Positions 40,776 to 53,895 of a stretch of 64,000 nucleotides of DNA are shown here, one piece after another. Numbering within the stretch: the stretch's first letter is position 1; each line of letters begins with the position of its first letter. The notes beneath the pieces were generated by a model, which saw only the letters and a program-made list of their open reading frames with translations, made no database searches and was not told where the DNA came from. Source of the DNA: Octopus vulgaris (taxonomy: Eukaryota); contig OX597834.1 in assembly GCA_951406725.2 (NCBI GenBank), positions 43,090,001 to 43,154,000 on the forward strand, read 5' to 3'. The translations under genes and the position numbers were made by a program.

Positions 40776-41335
40776 CACATATGGCTATGTCTTAGGCCCA
40801 TTCGTAAATACATTTCCAAACAAACTCATTTACATACATACACCAACACTTACGTTTATCCATTAATATATTATGTATTGCTATATTATATATCATCGCA
40901 AATCCAAGCCTACTGCCGCATAATCACATCAACATAGGCTTATACCTATACACATACACACACATACAAGCACGAATCGTGGCGCATATATTGATCAAAA
41001 GCTCGAATATATATATTTTGTATATTATTTGCCTGTATTTTCAATTCTGTTTCCATTACTCTGCCGTTCTCTCATAATCCCTAACAACACACACTGTAAA
41101 TCGGTATCTTTGTTGCACACATCTTTCCCTGAAAACATATATTAATACAAAAGTTGGTTAAATTTGTATCATTACACACGACATATTCTAATAACTTATC
41201 AGGCCAATAAGAATGTATATAAAATGGATCTTCAATTAGTTTCGACGATGAGTGTTCGGTTCTGAACTGCTTACATCGTTGAATGAACGCTTGGTCCCAT
41301 GAGAAGCAAGCAACAGTTTCGATGGGAATATTCCA

Positions 41336-41555
41336 CACTTACTCTTTTACTTGCTTTAGTCAATTGACAGTGGCCATGCTGGAGCACCGCCTTTAGTCGA
41401 GCAAATCGATCCCAGAACTTATTCTTTGTAAGCCTAGTACTTATTCTATCGGTCTCTCTTGCTGAACCGCTAAGTTACGGGGACGTAAACACACCACCAT
41501 CGGTTGTCAAGCGATGTTTGGGTGAGAAACACAGATACACAAACATACACACACA
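41336..41555 (-). mobile_element. SINE family A, 3' half
   Basis: CTCTTTTACTTG..GGCCATGCTGGAGCACCGCCTTTAGTCGA..CCGCTAAGTTACGGGGACGTAAACACACC. Confidence 0.9.
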
Positions 41556-41619
41556 TTTGACAACCGGTGTTGGAAACCGAAAGAAGCTCTGAAATTTTAG
41601 TTGCTGGAACATAGATTGG

Positions 41620-42070
41620 CTGGAGCTTTCTTTGTAAGAAAAAGCCTCTCACTGAGAATGAAAGGCAGACTGTATGATGTCTGTGTACGAGCACCAATGC
41701 TACATGGCTGTGGAACTTTGGCTGTGAATGTAGAGGACATGCGAAGTTTTAAAACAAATGATGCAAATATGCTCCGACGAATGTGCAATGTCGGTGCGCC
41801 TGTGCGACTAAGTACAACGCTGCTTGGATAAGAATTGAATATAAGAGGTAAAGAGCATGAACGAAGTGTGCGCTGGTATGTTCAAGTGATGCTTGTGGAT
41901 GAGTACAAATGTATAAAGAATAGTCGATTGCTAAACGTGGAAGGAACATATTGGAAAGTCAAAGCTGGGAAGACGTTGGACGAAGTGGTGAAGATTAACC
42001 AAATATGTTTAGCTTCTCAGAGGAGATGACGGTGAACCGAGATGAATGGCATTACTTTGTGCTTGAGAAG
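41620..42070 (+). pseudogene. RTE-clade LINE ORF2 C-terminal fragment, decayed
   Basis: Translation LSLRMKGRLYDVCVRAPMLHGCGTLA..MLRRMCNV..RWYVQVM..NVEG..KTLDEVVK fits the RTE post-RT pattern (KGRLY..VR..MLYG.ETW..MLRW..RWYGHV..V.G.R.RGRP.KTW); stops and frameshifts present. Confidence 0.8.
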
Positions 42071-42597
42071 TGCCGTTAATCTCAGCAGAATTGAACCTCT
42101 GTCAAAACTTCTCCATTAACTCCTCTTCTACTTCCTTCAATTCCGGCAACACAGAACTGATATCCTCTCTGTCCAATTCATTTCCTGTTTCCAAACATCT
42201 GTCACACTATTTTTGCACTTTCAATTCTCTCTTATTATCGTTGCACAAAGACCACACGTCTATTTGTATTTCCTTCTCTTTCCCTCTCGTAGGTGGGCAA
42301 GCCATGAATTCACCTCTTGAATTCACTGCAAGACCCCTGCTGCTAACCCCCACTATCATAATTTTTTTCTCCAATCTATACTTCGCTCAATGGAGGGCTT
42401 TTACGTTGCGGGTACTGCGAGTATATGTGTGTATAATCTGAATACTTTAGAAATAACGCAGCCGCTAACAGTCATCAGTGTTTTAAATACATTTCTTCAC
42501 TCCTCCACTTTTCTCTCTCTTTCTCTCTCTCCTTTTCTCTCTCTCTCTTTCCCACTATCATTCTAGAACAATCTTGATTTAATAGATACTCATATTC

Positions 42598-42975
42598 ATT
42601 CTTTTACTTGTTTCAGACTTTTGACTGTGGCCATGCTGGAGCACCACCTTTTAATCGAACAAATAGACCCCCAATGATTTATTCATTGTAAGCCTAGTAC
42701 TAATTCTATCGGTCTCTTTTGCTGAACCGCTAAGTTACGGTGACGTAAACACACCGCCATCGGTTGTGAAGCGACATAAAAATATATACACACACATACA
42801 CATAGATACACATATATATGACGGGATTCTTTCAGTTTCCATTTACCAAATCCACTCACAAGGCTTTGGACGGCCCGAGGCTATAGTAGAAGACACTTGC
42901 CCAAGGTGCCTTGCTGAAGGACTGAACACGGAACAATGTCGTTGGGAAGCAAGCTACTTACCACACAGTCAGTCC
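42598..42975 (-). mobile_element. SINE family A, near full length
   Basis: Both halves are present around an internal (CA/TA) tract. Confidence 0.9.
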
Positions 42976-43445
42976 TAAACAAATTTTGAAGCCCTATATT
43001 TCTTTTGATAATTCGCATATTTATCTCAGTAATTGTGTTGACAATCTGTCTGTATAAGAAATCCATATTCGATTGTGTTAATGAGGATAATATAATTGTC
43101 ATGAGATATATTCGTTGAAATAACGATGTGCTTACGTACTTAGAGACACGTAGTAACACATACAAATTCATAGAGCCAGGTGAAACTCAGAGTAGCGACG
43201 GAGGAAATTTCCATCTTTAAATAAATATAAAACCCATGAAAAAATATAATCTATGACATGACTGACGTATTTCTTGTGTTACACAATCGCTGATTTATAA
43301 ATGCAAGAGAACACACGCATACAGACACAATAAAATATGTATATAAGTACCCATTTATATCTGCTTATACGGGAATATATTTGAGAAATATGAACATGTG
43401 TTTCTATGCATACATAACTACATATATATATTTTATTTTTCTCAC

Positions 43446-43482
<37 letters not shown>

Positions 43483-43587
43483 TATATAATATATATGTAT
43501 CATGTATATTTCTAAGGCAGGTGTTTATTTATATACATACATATATACAAATATATATTATATATAAATATATATATATATATGTGT

Positions 43588-43641
<54 letters not shown>

Positions 43642-44481
43642 GCATCTATACACACAGATACATAGGATATACAGAAACACGCTCTCATACACACATACAC
43701 ACATATATGCATATATCTATATATAAACACACACACACACAATGCATATACATATCTATATACGCATGTATGTATTATGACATAAAATAAGTGGCATTGA
43801 TCACCGCTTCTCCTGGTGGATACAATGTGTCACAGAGTGAATCTAACGATTCTTTTACAAATAACTTCCATCAAATATGGCTCATTTAGACTCTTAGAAA
43901 TAGAAATGCGAATATAATAGAAGTGTTTCTTCGGTTTCACAGATTTATTTTTAATAAGCAAGAGCCTATATTATTAAGCACAGCATCTTTGCATATTGCG
44001 ATAACGAAGATGTTTCTCCCGCTCTATTTGGTTTAATCCCCCCCTACACATTTCCACCCCACTTCAACCAGCCACACATGGCAAGTTCTCTAGATATCAC
44101 AGCATGGGTTCATCTTTCTTTTAAAAGCTTCTAATTTCAAATGCATGTCGTACCTGCCTTTTCATACGCCTGGCGAAATAATGAATGATCACCTATTGCT
44201 TAATGTTACACTATTTTTGTGTTCGAAAATATACGTATATACATACCTATATACACACGTATATACATACATGCATAAATACAAACATATATATATATAC
44301 CTACATATATGTATATATGTATTTATATATATACATATATGTATGTGTGTATATATATGCGTATATATATAAATATATGTATGTATATGTTTATGCATAC
44401 ATATATGTATATATACATTATATACATACATATATATATACAGATGACTTATGTGTCTATATATATATATGTGTGTATACA

Positions 44482-44561
<80 letters not shown>

Positions 44562-45489
44562 TGTATGTGTGTATATATATATGTTTATGCATACATATAT
44601 GTATATATACATCATGTACATACATATATATATATATATATATACATATATTTTTGTGTATATATGTGTGTATATGTACATGTATAAACACACATTTATA
44701 TGTATGTGTACCTATTTGTGTATGCTTTGATATATATTTGGTTATATAAATATGTATGCATATACTCAAACATAAGCGTGGGCATGTGTTTGAGTTGGCG
44801 CGTGTGTGTGTGTATGTGTTTGAGTTTGTGTGTATGAGTGTGTGCGTGCGTGTGCATACGTATGTCTAAATATACAAATGTGTGTGCCTGTATATATATG
44901 TTCGTTTGTGCGGTGTGTGCATGTGTGTGTGTGGGTGTGTGTGTATGTGTGTGTGACTGTGTGTGTATGTGTGTGTGTGAAGAAATCTTACGATGTCGTT
45001 GTAAGAGTTACTATTACAACAGAAAAGAAATGATATATTAGTTTACGAAACTTTTGTTATATGAAACCAGGAACACGATTATTCTTACGGTTTCTGTCTT
45101 TGTACTAGTTTTTACTATCTTATGTAAAGCCTCAATGCCTAAACCGAATACTAAGCTATTGCCTTTGTTTGTCCTTATATAAATGACAAAACCAATATTC
45201 TGTATATTCTTCCTAAATGAGATTTAGTTCCTTATTTACGGTGCCTCTTCATTATTTCATCTTTTTTATTGTTATATAATTAGTGTATTCTGTCATTCTG
45301 TATATATTTATGTCCCTGAACTCGTTAAGCGTATCTAAAACTAAGTAATTACGAAGTTTAATTAATGTTTTGTTTTTAGATAATGAACTGGCCAAATGGT
45401 AAAATTGTCTCCTCAGTTTTAAAACAAGATGGTTGATGCCAGTGACTTCAAATTCTGGTGCAGGTATGTCAATTTCTTTATTAACCATG

Positions 45490-45815
45490 AGGTTGAGAAA
45501 AAGAGGGGACGATACGAGGTGGCGAGAAAGGTAGCTCTCCTAACTCAGACCTGGTCTGAGCGGCGGCTGTCCTTGAAAGGTAGAGCGGAGGTTACAGAAG
45601 TGTTTATCACCTTTGTAATCACTTGCCACCTGACCGTCGCGCCTTGCTCCGATTCGTGGCTAAACAAGCTGGAACGCATGCTGTTTCGCTTTTAGTGGAG
45701 GGGCAGCAGACCTCTTGTAAGGTGCTCTATCTGCTGCCAAAAGCCGATGAAGGGTGGGCTTGGGATGCCGTGCCTAAAAATGAACAAACATGCGTTCAGG
45801 CTTAGGCACCTCAGA
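45490..45815 (+). pseudogene. L1/Tx1-clade LINE ORF2 fragment (post-RT region), decayed
   Basis: WSERRLSLKGRAEV...LERMLFRF*WRGSRPLV...KPMKGGLGMPCL matches the Tx1/L1 motif W..R.LS..GR...F.W.G...P...GGLG.P; in-frame stop at 45693. Confidence 0.82.
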
Positions 45816-46564
45816 CCAGTTAAGTTATCGTAGGACTGCAATACATTACGGTTAGTGTTGCCTGTATATACTCTCCGCTGAATTAAAAACTTCCTTGGGT
45901 ATGTGGGTCTGAGTAGGGTAAGAATTACGTTTTTAGGGAAGAGGTTGTTATGGAAATGTGTTTTAGAGAATTTGTTATTGATTAAAGTTCGGGTTATGTT
46001 TCTGTTTAGAATTTATTCATGTATATAGAACTTTGTAAACAAGTCTCCCTGTGTTTCTCATTGATTAGGTAACCACAGGGTGTGACAGCATTTTTGCATT
46101 GAATTTAATCCTTTTGTTTGACAATGTAAATGTCAAAGATACAAAGTCCAGCATTTAAGCTCTTAGGAACTGAGTGTGACAACATTTTTTCACAAAAAAA
46201 ATGTAGGTAGGTGGTAAGTCTGGGTGGTACTTTCTTTAATTGTGGCCTTTGTTATTTAGTGTATATCATGTTCTCATTTGTAAGTTGGGGTTTAATAGTC
46301 AGGCATGTCACGGCGTTGTTAATGCAGAAAATTGCGTTTGTGGTACTTTGATGTTCACAAAACTATTAGGGTAAAAGTTGTTTGTGTATATGTTTCTCTC
46401 CCGTTATTCCTCGTTCTAGAAGCAATTTGATTGCCATATATAGGAATTTTAACCATCGCATTTTAAGGAGGTAGAATTTATTTGCTCTTTATTTATAAAA
46501 TTTCTTCAAATACTGTTGTTGATATACGCTTAAGCGGGGCCAGTATAGGTGTACTATTTCACAT

Positions 46565-47112
46565 CTCTCTTTACTCTTTTACTTGATTCAGTCATTTGAC
46601 TGCGGCCATGCTGGAGCACCGCCTTTAGTCGAGCAAATCGACCCCAGGACTTATTCTTTGGAAGCCTAGTACTCATTCTGTAGGATATTTTTGCCGAACC
46701 GCTAAGTTACGGGGACGTAAACACACCAGCATCGGTTGTCAAGCGATGTTGGGGGACAATCAATGACATACAAACGTATAAACACATACATATATATATA
46801 ACGGGAAGCTTTATGAAAATAAACAAAAGACGAAGGCAGGTGGAAAACAAACGAACAATTGTATTAGTATGGCGCTCAGGAAATATAAATAAAACAAGTC
46901 TTTAACGTTTCGAGCCTACGCTCTTCAACAGAAAGATACATATATATATACACATATATACAACTGGCTTATTTCAGTTTCCGTCTACCAAATCCACTCA
47001 CAAGGCTTTGGTCGGCCCGAGGTTATTGTAGAAGACACTTGCCCAAGGTGCCACTCAGTAGGACTAAACCCGGAACCATGTGGTACGTAAGCAAGCTTCT
47101 TACCACACAGTC
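46565..47112 (-). mobile_element. SINE family A, near full length, with nested insertion at 46800-46940
   Basis: 3' half at 46565-46760 and 5' half at 46965-47112; a foreign ~140 bp segment lies inside the internal TA tract. Confidence 0.9.
46800..46940 (-). mobile_element. Short Penelope-pLTR-like repeat with minimal hammerhead-like motif
   Basis: Minus UCUUU-CUGUUGA-A-GAGC(GUAG)GCUC-GAAAC-GUU-AAAGA; homologous to 57440-57630. Confidence 0.65.
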
Positions 47113-47228
47113 AATGTGGTAACAATGGGGATCTTTGTTTTAAAATAGAAATACAAACACATATGTACACACACATATATATATATACATATACATACTC
47201 GTAAATAAATAAGTAAATAAATAAATAA

Positions 47229-47295
<67 letters not shown>

Positions 47296-48085
47296 TATAT
47301 AGATATATTACATTTGATGCAGAAGAATATTCAGAAATAGTTGTTCTGGGTTTCTCTTACTAGATATCTTTGGACGTTTATGTCAAATGGAATCTTTGAA
47401 TTATTTATGGAAAACATGCAATTGGGATGGTTGTAAGACAATGCAAATGGTGAAAAGATAAAGTTGAATGAAAGGCGTCTTCTTTATTCGTTATATAAAA
47501 TTTGAATCTAAATAAACAAAGGAAAGCCAGTGCAGTAATTTTCTATGTAACCAGAGGAAGCAGGACAAATAAAGCAGTGGATTTATTTAAATATGAAAAT
47601 ACATATGTTGCAAATAAAAAAAGGAGATGATAAAATCATATGCGATACACACATAAATAAACGAGCATAGAAATATGGAGAATAAACAACTGTTAAAATT
47701 ATAGAAAACTGCAACAAAAAAAAAGAATCAAATCAAATAAGAAAATTATTAAGCATGATGTATCGCCACATTACTTTGAAGATTTAAAGTAGATCATTTT
47801 ATATTTTGAATTCTCCGAATGTCTCTCTTTGCACGCATTGGCTACCAAGTACACGGCTGATTTCCCCCTCATTTGATCTTCAATTTTTAAAACCTTTATT
47901 CATTTACTGTACATTTGATGATTTTATTTCGATTACATTTTGTCGTTGTTTTTATTCTTTTCATATTTACTCTCTATTTTTAAGTGTGGATATTTATACA
48001 CATAAATATATTTTTCATAATGGTAAACGCTACCAGTTACATTTGACATAGTATTTCTATTTTCCTCATACATATACATATATAT

Positions 48086-48136
<51 letters not shown>

Positions 48137-48204
48137 CATATACATACGTATATATACATGTAGGTAGTTATGCTTATACTTAACCATCTACGAATATATA
48201 TATA

Positions 48205-48358
48205 ATTTCTTTGTAACACACAAGGGGCTAAACCTAGAGGGGACAGACAAGGGTAGACAAAGGGATGAAGTCGATTACATTGATCCCAGTGCGTAACTGG
48301 TACTTAATTTACCGACCCCAAAAGGATGAAAGGCAAAGTCGACCCTCTGCGGAATTTG
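48205..48358 (-). mobile_element. SINE family B unit
   Basis: CACAAGGGGCTAAAC..GACAAGGG..CCCAGTGCGTAACTGGTACTTAATTT..AAGGATGAAAGGCAAAGTCGACC. Confidence 0.88.
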
Positions 48359-48439
48359 ATATATATGTATATATATATATATATATCTATATATAAACAT
48401 GTGTGTATGTGTGTGTGTGTGTAAAATCATATAGATAGA

Positions 48440-48650
48440 TAGTATTCATTTTGAATACTTTGCAGCTGGCATGGATTCTGTCCTCTGTTAAAAACAACTT
48501 TCTTGATAATAACACCTCTCTTGTGTAACGAACATAAACGGCTTTTAGGTGTCAATGTTACGACTTCAGTTTGTTTCTCAATCCTGGGAAGTTTTTTCCA
48601 CACTACTGGGAAGTCTGAGATACACCAAATATATTTATTCCATATCATTC
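48440..48650 (-). pseudogene. Possible Penelope GIY-YIG endonuclease C-terminal remnant
   Basis: NKYIW..PVVWK..RLCSLHKRGVII..FNR loosely fits the PLE pattern SKYIW..I.W.I..C.LC..EK..I..LN.R; it lies beside hammerhead-like and fold-back features. Confidence 0.35.
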
Positions 48651-49376
48651 AGCAGACAATATATATCTGTTGATAATCGCTAAATATCTTTCCTCATTGT
48701 CGTATCTTTTCATTTTTTTTCTTTCTTTTGATGAAGGACTTGCGTCCGAAAGGTCAAAATCCCTCTGAGATTGATTACTACATATGTGCACACGCTAACA
48801 CACGCATATTCACTTCTAAGGTTTTTTTTTGTTTGTCCTATTCAACTGACCCCGACAAATAACTATTAACATTCGCAAATACTATTAACACATTATATAT
48901 TTTTTAAATTTCTTTTTGGGATTTGGTTTGCAAGATTCTTTATATGAGTTCGTGTGTTGAAGCATATTCTGTTGTGTCTGGGGAGAAAGGCACAAAAAGA
49001 AAATGACTCTCCCCAGACACAACAGAATATTTATTTTAGGTAAACAATAAATGTCCTTTATGTTTTGTTATTTCCAACTCAGTTACCTTTCTCAGATATT
49101 GAAGGTACCATCTGTTCATCTTTTCAACACTGTTTTCCGCACTAATTTTCACAATCGTGAGGAGATCGAAACCCAGAAACTCGAAGTATTGTTTTGGAGA
49201 ATCAATGTCCCAAGCCATGTAATACGCAAAACTTCTTCCATATGTTGTGTATACAATATCATATTCTTCTATCATTCCTCACTCATACAAACTAAAAGTT
49301 ACATTTATGGCTGCATACATCCATGCATACATATATTTAAATATACACATACATACATATGTACATATAAAAATAT

Positions 49377-49414
<38 letters not shown>

Positions 49415-49483
49415 TATACATATATCCATACATATATATGTACACAAAAAACACAGACACTCACAGACACACACATGTATTTA

Positions 49484-49591
<108 letters not shown>

Positions 49592-49697
49592 TAAAACACT
49601 TTTGGTGAACGTTCGAGTTGGGTTCTCTTCTAAAACTCCTTTGACAAATTGATTAGTAAAGGCAGCTGAAATGGGTCTCATAGGTTAATGTATAACT

Positions 49698-49824
<127 letters not shown>

Positions 49825-49856
49825 ATTATTCATACATATATATATATATATATATC

Positions 49857-50052
49857 CTTTATTTAAAAGCAGTAGAAATATAACAGAAGTTGCTACTCAA
49901 TGTTTCACGTTTTGTTAACAAAAATGTCCGACGAACGGGAACATGAAACAGTTTTCGTTATATTTCTGCTGCTTTAAATAAAGCATATTACTTTACCTCT
50001 GGTATTTGAGTAGTCTTTTTTCCACCTTGCTTCACATAAATATGCTTACTCC

Positions 50053-50055
<3 letters not shown>
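49857..50055 (+). mobile_element. Penelope-pLTR-like repeat with inverted partial duplicate
   Basis: Inverted arms at 49857-49884 and 49957-49983; homologous to 8003-8162; flanked by (TA)n. Confidence 0.6.
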
Positions 50056-50107
<52 letters not shown>

Positions 50108-50169
50108 GTACGTATTTATGTATGTATATATATATAAACATATATATAAACACACACAAACACACACAC

Positions 50170-50207
<38 letters not shown>

Positions 50208-50208
<1 letters not shown>

Positions 50209-50345
50209 TACTTTGCCTTTCACCCTTTCGACGTCGATAAATAAAGTACCAGTTTCGCACTGGCGTCGATGTAATCAACTTAATCCCTTTGTCTGTCCTT
50301 GTTTGTCCCCTCTATATTTAGCCTCTTGTGGGCAATAAAGAAATA
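50208..50345 (+). mobile_element. SINE family B unit in (TA)n
   Basis: CTTTGCCTTTCACCCTTTCG..AAGTACCAG..TTTGTCTGTCCTTGTTTGTCC..TAAAGAAATA. Confidence 0.88.
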
Positions 50346-50351
50346 TATATG

Positions 50352-50408
<57 letters not shown>

Positions 50409-51530
50409 CATTTTCTTTTTGTTTCTTTTTGTTGTTTTGCTTCCTTTCCCCAATTATTACAAATTTTATTCCAATTTGCTTTTAAAATATGTTTCATCTT
50501 CCCCTATGATTTGCTTTTGGAAGTCGATGACGATATAACGGAATTGTCTCTGGGACATTATTTGACAAGAAACCTCACGGATAAATCGAAGTTAGTTCAT
50601 GCAATCACTAATTTGTTCTCAATCAACCGTTTAAAACACCTTGATTGAATAATGTTTGTTTTTCCAATCCACCAAGCCTGATTCTCTTGTATTATTTTTG
50701 TGTTGTTTCTTTTTCTTTCTTTTTTCTTTTTTCTTTTTTTTTTTTTTTACGAAACAGCGTGTCCAGAGACCTACGCTTTACATTGCCTCGTAAATAGTAA
50801 ATATATTTGTTTTGTAAAACCGAAGCAATATTAAATGTTTACATTGGCAGAGACATATACCGCACCACACACAGACAAACGCACACACACACACACAAAC
50901 ACACACATACGCACACACAAACAAACAAACACACACACATATATGCACGCTCAAAACACATATGCACATACACATATATGTGTACATACATATACATATG
51001 AATATAGACAAATAACTGTATGTGTATGTGTGCAACAAACACACACACACATGCATATATACACACATACACACGCGTCAATACTCACTCACTCATCACA
51101 CACACACATATATATGTATATAAAATAAATATCCGTATAGATGTATGTAAGCATATACATATATAGATGCAATGCATATGTTTTATATATTAGGTGTGTG
51201 TATGGGGGTAGTACAGATATATATATATATGTATATATATATATATGTATATATGCATATATACATACATATATATATATATATATACACACGCACATAT
51301 TCATACATGCAGCCATACGTGCATCTATACATACAAACATACATACAAACATACATATACGCTTGCTCTTGTGTGTGTGTATGTGTTGTGTATATATGCA
51401 CGTATGTATGTTTGTAAACACATATTTGTTAATATACACAACGGGTTAAGATTTAGTCAACATGACAGCGGTAAATAAACGAATGTTTATAAAATACAAA
51501 CACACACACATGCACACACACACACACACA

Positions 51531-51570
<40 letters not shown>

Positions 51571-52562
51571 TCTATGCCTGCTTGTATATGTATGAATGTA
51601 TAAAATACGATGCCCCTTGTCGGTTTGCGCATGATGCCAAGGTACACAAATGTGTGGTGTGGGTAGACATATAACCACACATCTACACATCTTAGGGAAA
51701 CAATAGCCCCGGCACTGCCTCCTGGTTGTTTGATCTTGCAGGCAGAAATACGTTAATTTTAAGTAGAGCGTTTAATAGTCCCCTTTTTAGCGTTTTTCCT
51801 CTTTTGCTGTTTTCGTTTTCTCGTTTTTTCGGCTTTTTTTTTTGTTATTTTCACTTTCGGCTTTTTTTACATTCATTTTTTTAAAATTTTCGCTGTTTTT
51901 TTTTTGTCTTTACTTTTATCGTTTAAGCCTGTTTTTTTTTTTGTTTTTGTTTTCTCTGCGTTCTTAAACTATGTAGACCGATGGAGAAAACCCTGGAAAT
52001 TGGCTTTGTTTTATTTTTTTTTATTCCTCCAATGCTTTTGAAGCAGCGTAAACGGTATAAACACATTACAATTTATTTACACATTCATTTATTTACACAC
52101 ACAAAGAATTACATGTATATATACGTGCGTGTATATCTGTATACATTTATATATAATCTATTTATTTTACTATACATATATTTATTTATTTTTATGATAA
52201 GCTGTAATCTAATCCATAAAACCTAAGATTTATGAACCATATTCCCATATATCGCATCATTCTTGCGATCAACCAACAAATTTTTTTTCTATCCATCATT
52301 TTTTTCTTCCAACACTGGTATATCAGCAGTAATGTTAAAGCTGGGTCAGAAGTGATGAGAGAAAGACAAAAAGTAACAAAGAATATATATGGAGAGAGAT
52401 AAAAAAGAGAGAGGCAGGTATCAGTGTATGTCTGTAGGGCAGGGCTTTCTAAGTGTTTGTATAAAAAAAACTGAGGAAGAAATCTCTCTTTTTCCTTTCA
52501 TATGACAATTTCTATTATTTATGTTTCACTACATAGTTTCTATTGATTCTTACATTTGGATA

Positions 52563-52661
<99 letters not shown>

Positions 52662-52785
52662 ATATTATACAATATTATTTTTGTCCTTATGTTTACATGT
52701 CAATTCATTTGTTTATGCTGTTAATATTCTATATTTTATTAGATGTAGAAAAAAAATTACTCGCTAAAAATAATATAAAAATGGA

Positions 52786-52816
<31 letters not shown>

Positions 52817-52871
52817 TGACTCCCAAGCACACACATATATATGCATTTGTATGTACATATATATATGTAAA

Positions 52872-52940
<69 letters not shown>

Positions 52941-52983
52941 GTAAATGCATGTATGCATGTATATACACAAACAAACGCACATG

Positions 52984-53015
<32 letters not shown>

Positions 53016-53301
53016 TACGATAGTGTTAAATAAAATCGATAAGAAATGTACAGAATATTTGCATAGGGTGTAGAAACGGTTGAGCTGAAAGTCGAAATAA
53101 AAAGGAACAATAAAACGCTCTCTGTTCTCAGGTGTATTTTTATAAAACTGTAAAAAGCGTAGGAGAATTATTCAGATGGTAGAAAAGTGGAAAAGTCAAA
53201 AGTCAGATATAGGTCTATGTTTTATGTACGGACAGTAGAAATGAGGGAAAAAGAGAACGAAAGAGACGGAGAGAGGAGTGCGGGTGTTTTAAACAGAAAG
53301 A

Positions 53302-53349
<48 letters not shown>

Positions 53350-53580
53350 ATAAAAAAGAGAGATGACACTTGATGAAATATGAGGGGAAGAGAAGGAACA
53401 GCAAGCCGTATTCATGCTTGAGCATGCTCAAATGGCATGAATTCATTTATATGAGGGAAAACGATAATTACTTAACATGAGGCAGTATTCATGCAAACAT
53501 ATATACCCACATCCAAAGCAACGTATTCACATATACGCAGATTTTGATATATTTGAATATATTTGGTGTTTGTGTGCGTC

Positions 53581-53650
<70 letters not shown>

Positions 53651-53859
53651 GATAAATAAGGTTGTATACATTTACCGAAAGAAGATAGAAAGACATCTCA
53701 TGTATCTACCTACACACACACACATGCATATATATATATATATATATATATGCATACATGCATACATGCACAAAGAAAAAAAAACCTTCAGATATGCATT
53801 TATACATTTATGTTTAGGATGATGTTTGAGAATAAAATGGATTCTGGACGCATTGATAT

Positions 53860-53895
<36 letters not shown>

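Noticed and set aside
49036-49275. 79 aa non-repetitive ORF on the minus strand
   Set aside because: No recognisable domain. It may be a Penelope N-terminal remnant, but this cannot be supported without a search.
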